From: Octopus vulgaris | Lineage: Eukaryota | Assembly: GCA_951406725.2 (NCBI GenBank) | Contig: OX597820.1 | Span: forward strand, 56,420,001 to 56,484,000 | Direction of reading: 5' to 3' | Length of the DNA: 64,000 bases | Shown here: positions 13,482-26,669 of the stretch, one piece after another | How the letters are laid out: every line of letters begins with the position of its first letter | Numbering within the stretch: position 1 is the stretch's first letter | The notes under the pieces: generated by a model | What the model was told of the DNA's origin: nothing | Seen by the model: only the letters and a program-made list of their open reading frames with translations | The model's database searches: none | Translations under genes and position numbers: made by a program

Positions 13482-13762
13482 ATTGTTTGTTCCTTCTCGA
13501 GCCATGCCTGGCTCATAGGGCCGGTTACCCGGTTTCTTTGGCGTATAGGTTACCTACCTGGACGGAACACCGGTCCGTCGCAGGTGAGCTGCAAGATGCA
13601 GGAGGAAAGAGTGAGAGAAAGTTGTGGCGAAAGAGTCTGCTGGAGCCGCGTGGAGCTTAGGTGTTTCGCTCATAAATATACACATCGCCCGGTCTGAGAT
13701 TCGAACCCACGATCCCTCGACCGCAAGTCCGCTGCTCTAACCACTAGGCCATGTGCCTCCAC
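13482..13762 (-). mobile_element. tRNA-derived SINE
   Basis: Minus-strand head tggcctagtggttagagc (A box) ... gggttcgaatct (B box) followed by a non-tRNA body. Confidence 0.75.
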
Positions 13763-14733
13763 TTACGGCAATATAGCCGAACATAACACTTATTTTGTAT
13801 AAATAGTAAATATATCTTTTACATGTTTCAATCATTGAACTACGGTTATGCTGAGGCACCGCATTGAAGGGTTTTTTTTTGAAGCCTGGTACTTATTTTA
13901 TAGGTCTCTTTTGCCGAGGACGTAAACAAACCAACACTAGTCGTCAAGCAATGGTAGGGGACAAACACAACACACACACTCACGCACGCTTTCTCTTTCT
14001 TTCACTCTCTCTCACACACACATGAAGGGGTCCTTCCAGTTTCCCTTTATCAGATTCACTTACAAGGCTCTGGTAGCCCGGGGGATTATAGTAGAAGACA
14101 CTTGCTGAAGGTGCCCTGTGGTGAGACTGAACCCTAGATAATATGGTTAGGAAGCAAGCTTCATAACCACACAGCCACGCCTGCGTCTATATATTAATTT
14201 TCAGTTTGTTACACCCCAGTATCTACTTGTGTTTCGCCTGTAAACAAGCTTTATTTATTGGACGCATTATGGCGGCGAGCTGGCAGAATCGTTACTGTGC
14301 CAGACAAAATGTTTTGAGTCATTTCTTTCAACCTTACATTTTGAGCACAAATGCTGCCGAAGTCGACTTTGCCTTTCATCCTTTCAGGAGTCATAAAGTA
14401 AGAACCAATTGAGCACTAGGGTTAATGGAATCGACTTGCCCAACCCTTAAATTTGCTAGTCTCGTGCCAAAATAAGAAAGGATTTATTGGACACATTCTG
14501 TTATGAAAATTAATTTAATAAAATGTACAATAGTACATTACCAATACTCTTTTACTCTTTTATTCTTTTACTTGTTTCAGTCATTTGACTGTGGGCATGC
14601 TGGAGCACCGCAAGGACTTATTCTTTGTAAGCCTAGTACTTATTCTATAGGTCTCTTTTGCCGAACCGCTAAGTTACGGGGACGTAAGCTCACCAGCATA
14701 GGTTGTCAAGCGATGTTGGGGGGATAAACACAG

Positions 14734-14794
<61 letters not shown>

Positions 14795-15462
14795 CGACGG
14801 GCTCTTTCAGTTTCCGTCTACCAGATCCACTCACAAGGTTTTGGTCGGCCCGAGGCTATAGTAGAAGTCACTTGCCCAAGGTGCCACGTAGTTGGACTGA
14901 ACCCGGAACCATGTGGTTCGTAAGCAAGCTACTTACCACACAGTCACTCTTACGCATATAGTATATCGGTTTTTAGTTTTGGAACAAGTCCAGCAATTTC
15001 GGGGGAGGCGGTCACATCGACTCCAGTATTCGTTACTTATTTTGCCGATCCTGAAATGATGAAAGATAAAGTCGACCTCGACGGAATTTGAACTCAAAAC
15101 GTAAAGACAGACGAAACAGTGCTAAGCCTGGCGTGCCAACGATTCGGTCAACTCGCCACCTTAAATAATCATTACTTTATTGACTGGTAAGATTGTTTCG
15201 ATGAAAATGTTTGTGTCAAATGTTTGCTTTTGAAAAGCGACGAAATTATTGGAGGTCAACATTTGGGTCATTGTTGAAAAGTGTTTTTAGCGACAATACG
15301 GCGCAGGAGTGGCTGTCTGCTATGTAGCCTACTTATCAACCACATGGTTCCGGTTTCAGTCCCACTGTGTAGCACCTTAAGGCGAGCGTTTTTTACTATA
15401 GCCTCGGGCCGACCAAAGCTTTGTTAGTGGGTTTGGTAGACGGAAACTGAAAGAAGCCCGTC

Positions 15463-15530
<68 letters not shown>

Positions 15531-15932
15531 TTGTGTATCTGTCTTTGTCCTTCCACCATCGCTTGACAACCGATACTGGTGTGTTTACGTCCCCGTAACT
15601 TAGCGGTTCGGCAAAAGAGACCGATAGAATAAGTCTTGGGGTCGATTTGTTCAAATAAAGGTGGTGCTCCAGCATGGCCGAAGTCAAATGACTGAAACAA
15701 ATAAAGGAGTAAAAAAAAAAAGAATACAAATATGTAGGACATACAGAGGTTCAATTTTAGTGTTTATTCACAAAGTTCTTGCATTTACACCTGTTAATTA
15801 AGTTAAGTTCACCTGTCTACTGGGGGAGGGTCAAATTTGACCAGAAAAATCAGATAAGAATATGTAATTGTAAATCATAAGTATTTAAGTACCTACTGAC
15901 AAAATTACAAGTCAATATGTAAAAAAAAAGTG

Positions 15933-16180
15933 TGGAGGCGCGTGGCTTAGTGGTTATGGTGTCAGCATCGTGATCGCAAGATTGTGGTTTCGATTCCTGG
16001 ACCAGGTGACGCGTTGTATTCTTGAGCAAAACACTTCATTTCACATTGCTCTAGTCCACTCAGCTGGCAAAAATGAGTAACGTTGCGATGGACTGGCGTC
16101 CCGTCCAGCTGGGGAACACATACGCCATAGAAACAGGGAAACTGGACCCATGAGCCTGGCTAGGCTTTAAAAGGGCGCAT
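15933..16180 (+). mobile_element. tRNA-derived SINE family C (V-domain-like core cttgagcaa(g/a)acactt); copies at 33256-33570+, 34560-34915-, 44142-44465-, 44925-45150+, 55583-55890+
   Basis: tggcttagtggtta A box, gttcgattcc B box, shared core; the 44142-44465 copy has TSD ttctgctaat. Confidence 0.8.
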
Positions 16181-16439
16181 TTATATTTTATGTAAAAAAA
16201 GTAGCAAAGTTACTAACAGGTATTGTTGACACCTGTCTGTTGGACTAAGAAGCTCATTTTGCAACCACGTGATTTAAGGTTCAGTCCCACAGCACAGCAC
16301 ACCGTGGGGAAGTGTCTTAAGCGGTATTCCCGGGCTGAGTAATGCCTTGTGAGTGAATCTGGAAGACGAAAACTGCGTGGAAAACAGACGTATGCACGCA
16401 CACACACACGTACACATATACAAGGCACATAGTTACTTG

Positions 16440-18075
16440 TGACTACCTGCCAAAACGACAGTAAGCATGCCTGATAGTGTTTCCACTTTTACCGTCAAAC
16501 ATTGCGCTTTAGCGATAGCCTCTGTCCTCAACAATATCTCAAGACATTATTTGTCTAGAAGGATACAATCCAGTTTATGGGAACATGCTACAGTATCACT
16601 ATCCCAAAGGAAGGGCAATACCAGCTATCGGTCTCATTCAAAGCTGTGGGATACAACTCTTAGGAATCCTCTTCTGTAATAAATTGAGTTTCTCTACTTC
16701 TTCACTGGATACTATCATTAGTTTCCTATTTCTTTACTGGCCACAAGGGGCTATACACAGAGGGGCCAAACAAGGACAGTCAAAGGGATTAAGTCGATTA
16801 TATCGACCCCAGTGCGTAACTGGTACTTATTTAATCGACCCCGAAAGGATGAAAAGCAAAGTCGACCTCGGCGGAATTTGAACTCGGAACGTAACGGCAT
16901 ACGAAATACCTATTTCTTTACTACCAACAAGGGGCTAAACACAGAGAGGACAAATTAGGACAGACAAACGGATTAAGTCGATTATATCGACCTCAGTGTG
17001 TAACTGGTACTTATTTAATCGATCTCGAAAGGATGAAAGACAAAGTCGACCTCGGCGAAATTTGAACTCAGAACGTAGCTGCAGACAAAATACCTATTTC
17101 TTTACTACCCACAAGGGGCTAAACACAGAGAGGACAAAGAAGAACGGACAAACGGATTAAGTCGATTATATCGATCCCAGTGCGTAACTGGTACTTATTT
17201 AATCGACCCCGAAAGGATGAAAGGCAAAGTCGACTTCGGCGGAGTTTGAACTCGGAACGTAACGGCATACGAAATACCTATTTCTTTACTACCCACAAGG
17301 GGCTAAACACAGAGAGGACAAATTAGGACAGACAAACGGATTAAGTCGATTATATCGACCTCAGTGTGTAACTGGTACTTATTTAATCGATCTCGAAAGG
17401 ACGAAAGGCAAAGTCGACCTCGGCGAAATTTGAACTCAGAACGTAGCTGCAGACAAAATACCTATTTCTTTACTACCCACAAGGGGCTAAACACAGAGAG
17501 GACAAAGAAGAACGGACAAACGGATTAAGTCGATTATATCGATCCCAGTGCGTAACTGGTACTTATTTAATCGCCCCCGAAAAGATGAAAGGCAAAGTCG
17601 ACCTCGGCGGAATTTGAACTCAGAACGTAACGGCATACGAAATACCGCTAAGCATTTCACCCGGCGTGCTAACGTTTCTGCCAGCTCACTGCCTTACTAT
17701 CATTAGTTTCCGTTTAGTTAGCTATGACAGTAGCTTGCTCCCGTGCGTCACCCATAGAGGTCCTCTATCTTTGAAGTTTGAAAAAATGTCTTTGTATTTG
17801 ACCATGGTACGTAAATCTTCTAGCAAAGAGCCCCGCATCATCTGCCTTTCATCTCTTGGATCATAAGCTATTTATCAAATTATATTATCGCAGGATTGCT
17901 GCTGAAGCTCTGTCACGTCTACATTCTGACAATTCTAGCATACTCTTCTCCAACGTTCATTTATGTTTCTTCACATTCTTCCATTGACGATCTGCTTTCT
18001 TTCACTTCTAATAACGCTCACTTCTATACACAATTCTTTATCCCTGATTAATCCATACCACTGATTAATCCATAC
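16440..18075 (-). mobile_element. Highly decayed non-LTR retrotransposon (possibly R4/Dong-like), split by the SINE array
   Basis: Scattered minus-strand peptides (YHGQ, WD...HKLDCILLDK) resembling the RT C-terminus and RLE region. Confidence 0.35.
16727..17694 (-). repeat. Tandem array of five ~184-bp SINE family B units with one head and a 17-bp TSD
   Basis: Units start near 16725, 16909, 17093, 17277, 17461; TSD tactatcattagtttcc at 16710-16726 and 17695-17711. Confidence 0.92.
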
Positions 18076-19485
18076 CAGATGTCTGAATTTAAAGATCCAC
18101 TTAACATATGACATGAAAAATAAAATAAGAAGTTATTAAAAAATAGGTATGCTTGAATGTTATTGTCATTGCTGTTAATTAATTAGCGAACTCTTTTCTG
18201 AAGGCCCTTATTTTAAAGGACCTTTGTCATCAGCAGAGATTTGAGAATTAATGTAGTAGGGCGAATTTGTTGTTAGAGACCTAAACGATATGGAGTTACC
18301 AATAGTACTGATCAACAGGTAATAATAGAGAACCGATGTTGTGGAGCAAAACATCCTTTTTCTATCTACTATAGGCAGGAAGCCAGAAATTTGTGGGCGG
18401 GGTGGGGTGGGAGTAGTCATTTACATTGACTCCAGTGCTCAAGTGGTCCTTATTTTTATCGACTGCGATGCGAATGAATGAAAGGCAAAGTCGATCTCGG
18501 CGGAATTTGAACTCAGAACGCGAAGCCGGAAGAAATACCGTTAAGGTGTTTTGTCAACACGACGCCTTAGAAACGAACGATAAATCATTTGAGGAACATA
18601 AAAGCATAAAATCAAATTCACACACACACATACACACACTCTCACATTATCTCCCATCTATTTTCATTTCATTGGCTTCGTAGTCAAATATCTTTATCCT
18701 ATAATGAAAGAAGGAGAGCCTGACCTCGTGTTTACCAAATATTATAGGCTTCTAAGTCTATAGCCATAAGAAAACAAAAGACTAAGAACTAGATACTTCA
18801 TTAAACGCACAAACCATAAAATTTTGAGTTCCTTCCAAAACTTACCTTCAGATTATGTTGATGGCTCTACAGAATTCTATAAAAATTGCATTTTCATCTC
18901 ATCAAAATTCTTGTTTAAACATCGGTTTTTCTCTTCTTCTTAGTTATATGAACATCATGATATATTTAGCCTTGATTTCGTTGTATTAGAGATTTTAGCT
19001 TGTTTTCTTATTTTGCCAACTAAAATATTTCATTGAAAGATTCAAATTTGAGTCTGTTATTCATTAATGCACATTTTTTTCCTCGTTACAAGAATCTTTT
19101 AATAATGTCACTTGGCTTATTGCCATAGATACTTGACTGCTGATGCTGTGTCACCTCTGAGGTTTGATTGAGCATACTCTAATTTAGAACAAACAGCATG
19201 AATGGGAAATGAGGTGGGATGGGAAATCTGAAGTTTAACTACACATTAGATGAAAATCAAATGTTTTACAACCAGTAGAAGTGCTTAGCAACAATTTAGC
19301 TTGATTCAAACCAAGAATCTGAAGTTAGCAGCTGCTTAGTATGTCGTATTAGAAAATGTCGAAATTTAATGAGATCACAGTAACAAGACTATCATTTGGT
19401 AGAGTAAATAACTAGTTGACTTTTCGTATAATGTTCTCTTTTAATAATGCTTCTAACACATTGTATGTATGCATATATGTATATA

Positions 19486-19573
<88 letters not shown>

Positions 19574-19609
19574 GCAAGATTTTTTATGTGAAGTCGTGTG
19601 TTGAAACAG

Positions 19610-19987
19610 ATATTGTTATATTTCGGAATGGTCATATTGCCAGTTTAGCCAATAAAAACACACGCACTATATATTTGGTGTTATTTTGCTTCAGTGATAT
19701 TTATTTTTTACATTAATCTTAATCTTATTTCGGCCAAAGTTCTTTCGTCATACAATAGACATACAATAGAAATACAAAATGGCTGACGGTTAGTAAGGAG
19801 AGACACAAGTAAGTGAGAAGAAAACAAAGGACCACTGATGCGGTCACAGGAGTGTGACGAAAGAACTTTGGCCGAAATAAGATTAAGATTAATGTAAAAA
19901 ATAAATATCACTGAAGCAAAATAACACCAAATATATAGTGCGTGTGTTTTTATTGGCTAAACTGGCAATATGACCATTCCGAAATAT

Positions 19988-19995
<8 letters not shown>
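19610..19995. repeat. 141-bp inverted repeat (19610-19750 / 19855-19995) between (TA)n tracts; probable Penelope-type terminus
   Basis: Arms read as exact reverse complements with a ~104-bp spacer. Confidence 0.85.
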
Positions 19996-20037
<42 letters not shown>

Positions 20038-20124
20038 CATATTATGTATATATGTAGGCATATATATATATTGTGTATATATATATATATTACGTATATA
20101 TATTGTGTGCGTTGTGTGCGTGTA

Positions 20125-20199
<75 letters not shown>

Positions 20200-20481
20200 A
20201 TTTCTTTACTACCCACAAGGGGCTAAACACAGAGGGGACAAACAACGACAGACACGCGGATTAAGTCGATTATATCGACCCCAGTGCGTAACTGGTACTT
20301 AATTTATCGACCCCGAAAGGATGAAAGGCAAAGTCGACCTCGGCGGAATTTGAACTCAGAACGTAGCGGCAGACGAAATACGGCTACGCATTTCGCCCGA
20401 CGTGCTAACATGATAGTATATGCATACATACATGTACATACATAGGCACATACGTACGTACGTACACAATACATACATACA

Positions 20482-21003
20482 TATGTGTTTGCAATCCAGG
20501 AACAGGAAATATCAACCAAATACCTGTTGCACAAAAGGGATAGAGATGCAAGAAAAGCAGTAAAATGTAACAAGCGATACAGAGCTTATGGAGTTAACTC
20601 TGAAGATATCACTCGCATCAAAAGCAGTTATCTGAAAATGCCATCGCGGTACTATCTACCGATGAGGCTTGATGTCGTAGCTAGGATACTCTATAATGAA
20701 ATCTGTCGGAAGGATAATCCCGAGGACAAAAAAATAAGAACCTACAGTATGGTAGAAGCCATAGCCACTCATAATAAAAAGGAGTAATGGTGGAATGTGC
20801 CAGTGAAGACCTCAATAAAATGTAAGCACAACAGATTTGATATAATGATTCGGGATAAAGAAGAGAAACGGTGCACAGCTGTGGAAATTAGCTGCCCGGT
20901 GGATGTTAACATAAAACTGAAGATCAGTGAAAAAGAGAATACCTACGCTGAACTACTGAGAAATCCGCAGTTACTCTATCAAGATTATAAGTTCAGGTTT
21001 ATA
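20482..21003 (+). mobile_element. R4/Dong-like non-LTR retrotransposon C-terminus (decayed CCHC finger + restriction-like endonuclease)
   Basis: FAIQEQEISTKY...MRLDVVAR...*WWNVPVKT...HNRFDIMIRD...VEISCPVD...EKENTY, matching RHD and PD-(D/E)xK patterns with substitutions. Confidence 0.8.
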
Positions 21004-21342
21004 TTGTTTTCAGTCGTGTTTGTTTGTTTGCTTGTCCGTGGACAAGATATCTCAAGAACTGCGGGATGGATTCGGATGAAGCTTTCAGGGATGTTTGGCC
21101 TTGTGACTGGTACGAACTGATTAGATTTTGGCATCGATTCGATACCGGACAGAGATTCTGGATTATTTTTCCTGTTTTTCTTCTACTTAATTTTTGAGAG
21201 CGAACTTATTTTTGTACTTATTCTATCAGTTTATTTTGCCAAACTGCTAAGTTACGAGGACACAAACATGCTAACATCGAGGCACAAAGACACACACACG
21301 TATATATATATGTATATATATATGTATATATATGTATATATC

Positions 21343-21427
<85 letters not shown>

Positions 21428-21659
21428 AATCTCTCGTGTTCTGCAATTTCTTGCTGAACAACCCATACAGATGATTTGTCTATAGAAGGGGTTCTCAACC
21501 CCCTGGGATGGGGGTGGGGGAGTCGTGAAGACTGAGCAGCGGGGTCGCGTAGTCTTGTTAGAAGTGGCTTGGGATAATATTAATTTCAACTCATATACAA
21601 AACTCCGGAAGAAAACCAAAACTTTCAGATAGGGACCGTTGGACTCTTTCGCGAAATTT

Positions 21660-22426
21660 TAGGAAGGATCACAAAAGTACAGCTCCCAAAATTACTGCAG
21701 AGCTTAAGAAAAACTGTTCGCCGAGAGTTGCACAAAGCCGGATTCACGGGAGGGCTGCAATCAGAAAACCGCTACTTTCAAAAACAAACGTTGTATGCAT
21801 TTAGGGTGGATTAAAATCCTACAGAATTGGTCTCTAGAGCAGTGGAAGAATGATATTTTCTCGGACGAGTCATCCTTTACCTTATTCCCGACCACCAGCC
21901 GAGTATACGTGTGGAGATAGCCAAAAGAAGCATTTGATCCAGACTGCCTTCTTCCAACTGTTAAACACGGAGGAGGATTTGTGATGATCGGGGAAGGGGG
22001 CTATATCTTGGAAATCCGCTGGCCCAATGGCTTCCCTTCATGGCAGAATTAATAGTCAAGCCTATTTAAGCGTTTTATCTGATCAAATTCATCCTATTGT
22101 TGCGGAACTGTTTCCGGAGGGAAACGCAATCTTTCAGGATGAAATTGCATCAATTTACACAGCAAAAGTTGTTACTGAATGGCACGAGGAACTTTCTTGT
22201 GAAGTTGAACATCTTATCTGGCCACCACAGTTCCCACAAGAACTGGAGACTGTTTTAGCTGAAGAATGGACAGAAATTGATTTGGAAACAATTCATTCAA
22301 ATGTTGTACGAGTTCATACCTCGTAGAATTCAAGCTGTAATTACTGCCAAAGGTAGTCCTACCCCATATTAAAATTAATTTGTTTGAAATTTCAAGGTGT
22401 TTCCATTATTTTGTCCAACTCCTGTA
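21660..22426 (+). mobile_element. Tc1-like transposase remnant with 3' TIR
   Basis: IFSDESSF, VWR*PKEA, TVKHGGG, FQDEIA, WPPQ; ends tccattattttgtccaactcctg-ta. Confidence 0.88.
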
Positions 22427-23596
22427 GTTCCATATCTAGACATACTCATATATATTTAAATGATAAATTTCGGGAAAGTTTTTCAAACTTTTAGAGTTCC
22501 AGTGATGGCTTGGATCTGTAGTCTTCGAATTAGCTTTCTCCTTTCTGGTTTTGAGAAGCCTAATTTCTCAAGATTGGTATTTAGGCAGTGTGTTACACAT
22601 CCCTGGGTTCCAATAATTACAGGTATAAACCTGAACTTGTAATATTGGTAGAATAACTGCAGATTTCTCAGTAGTGCTAAAACGTTGGGAACCGCTGATC
22701 TATAGTGATCATATGCATGTGCTGTACGTTAGCTCACTCTCTCTCCATCGAATCAACATTGCTAGTATAGGCGTACGGTGTGCAGAGCAACAAGAGACGA
22801 AGTGTTTGGCTGAAGAGTACAATATACCACCCGGTCTGGGAATCGAACCCACAATCGCGCGATTGTGAGTAAAACATCATAACCACTGAGTCACGCGTCT
22901 TTTACGTTGTAAGTTTTGTAATTTATATCAATACATTTTAAAGCCAACATTGCATACATAAACAAATATAACATCATGTCCCGGATTCGAACCCATGATC
23001 TCGCGATCGTTAGTACAACATCGTAACCACTAAGCGATACTCACTCTACGTTGTATGTACTACAGTTTATATCAGCACATTTTTAGCCAACGCTGTTATG
23101 TACAGACAGTTATAACACATTGTCTTCGTATAGGATATCGATACAGTTACTGTTAGCTGTGTTTTTTCGCTGAACGTAACCAAAAATGGTTTGGAGAAAG
23201 ACCAACAATAATTTAGATGATATCATGTATATGATGTTCGCTATATCTTCCATTCAGATTGCTGTCATCACGACATGTTTATATTCGATAATAAAAAAGT
23301 GTTTAGATATTCTAGTCGCAGAAGCGACGCTAGTTTATGGAAGGACTGTGTATTCGTAACAAATGGAAATTTTACTCAAATCATGTCTGTATCATATTCA
23401 CCATTGAGAAGTTGAAATGTCATAATAAACATGTTATAATGATTGTTTTGATTTAGGTTCCTATATTGTTCTCAAACTTCTTGCTTAATATCTGTATAGC
23501 GAGGTTACGCATACACATAGGCATGTGCACACACTCACACATACAAACACAAGCATACACACACATAAACCCATCTCTTTCTCTCCCTCTCCCCCC

Positions 23597-23649
<53 letters not shown>

Positions 23650-23941
23650 ATATATATATAAATATATATATATATATGTATATAAATATTAAATGAGAGA
23701 GAGAAGGAAAGAACACACTCAGTCACACAAACACACACATAATATACACACACATATATATGGATACATATACGATGTATATGTACATACATAGACACAC
23801 AAACACAAACATTACATATATAAAGCCTTCTCTTCTCCCTCTCTCTCTCTCTCATTCTCTCTCTTTCTCTCTCTCTTTATATATTTATTTATATATTAAA
23901 TGAGAGAGAAAGAGAGAGAGAGAGGGAGAGAAAGAAGAAAT

Positions 23942-24007
<66 letters not shown>

Positions 24008-24384
24008 TTATATAAACCCCTCTCGCTTTCCTTCTCAATCTCTCTCTATGCACACTCATACATAATTACGTACATACACAGATATATGAGTACACACACA
24101 CACGCACACACGCACACGCATTATCCTCATTACTGTAGGACATCACCCATAATTATCTTTCCATATTGTCAAACGAATCTAAATGTAAAGCGAAGTACTG
24201 TAAGGATTCCTCTATAGTTGTTTACATTTGATATAGGAACAAGTCGAATCTGCATCCAAAGGGAACAGATTAACAGAAAAAAATGCTGGAGGCTGCACTC
24301 TTCCAGTCACAAGACGCATCGCTTTGCGGAATGCTACTTTGAACCAAAAAGCTTTCTAAATAAATAGATATATAAACAAACAAA

Positions 24385-24745
24385 CAAGAGCACTCAGAGA
24401 GCGCAAACCTCCGCCAAGGTAACACCAACGTCCTCCCAACGATTAGCCAGAGATGATTTTTAAAATGAGAATATCTGAAATACACTTGACTGCTCTCACA
24501 AACGAGAATACTAAAAATGAACGCGACTGCTCTCAAAAATTAAGTGAAAAAAACAACAACAAAAGCAGGAAAAATAATCCAGAATCCTTGTCCGGTACCG
24601 AATCGATGCCAAAATGTAATCAGTTCGTACCATCCACGAGGCCAAACAGCCCTGAAAGTTTCATCCGGATCCATCCAGCGGTTCTTGAGATATCTTGTCC
24701 AGGGACAAACAAACAAACAAACACAACTGGAAACAATACCTCCGT
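24385..24745 (-). mobile_element. Non-autonomous Helentron-type (HINE/DINE-like) element; copies at 21003-21200+ and 36280-36625+
   Basis: Sub-terminal acctccgcc/ggcggaggt repeats, (GTTT)n, 3' hairpin gcgctctctgagtgct. Confidence 0.7.
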
Positions 24746-26147
24746 CTTCACTGTATTTCACCGCGTTCGACGGAAGAAGAGAACATTTACTGTTTCACAA
24801 ATTTGCCGCAAAAGCCGTTTGAAGTTTTCTGAAGAATGTCGATATTCTAGCTTCCTTTGTTTTTTGAGAGATATCTTTTATACTTTACTTGTTTCAGTCG
24901 TTAGACTGCGGCCATTCTGGGGCATTGCCTTGAAGAATTTATTGTCGAATAAATCGACCCCAGCACTTATTTATTAAAGCCTAGTATTTATTCTATTGAT
25001 CTGTTTTGCCAAATCGCTAAGTTACGGGGGCGCAAACAAACCAACACCGGTTGTGAAGCGGTGATGGGACATAGACAATCGCGCGCGCACACACACACGC
25101 ACACACACATATACGACAGGCTTCTTTCCGTTTCCATCTACCAAATCCACTCCAAAGACTTTGGTCGACCCGATGCTATCGCAGAAGACATTTACCTAAG
25201 GTGTCACGCAGTGGGACTGAACCCGGAACCATGTGGTTGGGAAGTAAGCTTCTTACCCTACAACCAAGCTTGTGCCGTAATTATTCATAAATTTGGGTAC
25301 GTATTTAAGTGAACTCTTCTTCACTAATTACTGTCAGGTTAGGGATTTCATTAGAGGCTGATGAGACCTGCTACTGGTACTATGTGAACCAGTAATAAGT
25401 GTTTCATAGTCAAGTGGTCGGCGACTAAACCGGCTCTTCCACTCGTGAGAAGTGTGTCTGGACATCCAACAGGGCTAAAAACAAGATCTGCTGAAGGTCG
25501 GGTGAGCTCCTTGTGGGTCAACGGCCATCCAGCTGGGGGAGATAGCTGCAAACCACCCCAAGAAAACACTATGGGAAAAATCAGAACGAAGTAACGCTAC
25601 AGCTTTAACCGATGAAAGAACACGAGGCGCGTAATCGGGAAAACTTTCGTTGTGAAGCGTACGATATATATGTGAAGCGTACGATTATAGCTTAATGACT
25701 GTTGATATATTGGGTTCACATTTTGGTACAAGGCCAGCAGTTTCAGGGAAGGGTGTAAGTCAATTATATCGACCCCAGTGCATAACTGGTGTTTATATTT
25801 ACCGATACTGAAAGGATGAAAAGCAAAGTCGACGGAATTTGAACTCAGAAAGTTAAGACAGACGAAATAGCACTAAGCATTCTGCCTGGTGTGTTAATTA
25901 ACGATTCTGCCAGCTCACCGCCGCCTTATTAGAGCCATTATTCTACATCATATCTTCATATTTTGGCACAACGCCAGCAAGTTCGGGTGAAGTGGTAAAT
26001 CGATTATATCAACCCCGATGCTTAATTGGTACTATTTTATCGGTCCCGAAAGGATGAAAGGCAAAGTCAACCTCAGCGGAATTTGAACTCAGAGCGTACT
26101 GACGGAAAAAATGCCGCTAAATATTTCGCTCGGCGTACTAACGATTC

Positions 26148-26553
26148 TTGTTTCTTTACTGCCCACAAGGGACTACACAGAGGGGACAAACAAGGACAGA
26201 CCACCGGATTAAGTCGATTATATCGACCCCAGTGCGTAACTGGCACTTATTTAATCGACCCCGAAAGGATGAAAGGCAAAGTCGACCTCGGCGGAATTTG
26301 AACTCAGAACGTAGCGGCAGACGAAATACCTATTTCTTTACTACCCACAAAGGGCTAAACACAGATAGGACAAACAAGGACAAACAAACGGATTAAGTCG
26401 ATTATATCGACCCCAGTGTGTAACTGGTACTTATTTAATCGACCCCAAAAGGATGAAAGGCAAAGTCGACCTCGGCGGAATTTGAACTCACAACGTAACG
26501 TCAGACGAAATACCACTAAGCATTTCGCGCTAACATTTCTGCCAGCTCACCGC
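26148..26553 (-). mobile_element. SINE family B dimer
   Basis: Two units joined at the same gaaatacctatttc junction (about 26323-26336). Confidence 0.85.
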
Positions 26554-26669
26554 CTAAAATAACTTGATATTTCGAAAGAAGAAAGCATGAATTTCTTTAT
26601 TATGTCTTTATAATTTATAGCTCGTTTATAGATTTGGTTGTTTAGGCGACTATATATCTTTACAACGCT

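Noticed and set aside
13690-13762. tRNA gene
   Set aside because: A and B boxes are present but there is no acceptor stem or terminator, and it continues into a SINE body; same for other SINE heads
16727-17694. CRISPR-like array
   Set aside because: Units are whole 184-bp SINE bodies with no unique spacers, and the context is eukaryotic
24453-24977. 174-aa ORF
   Set aside because: Spans a HINE-like element and a SINE; not a gene
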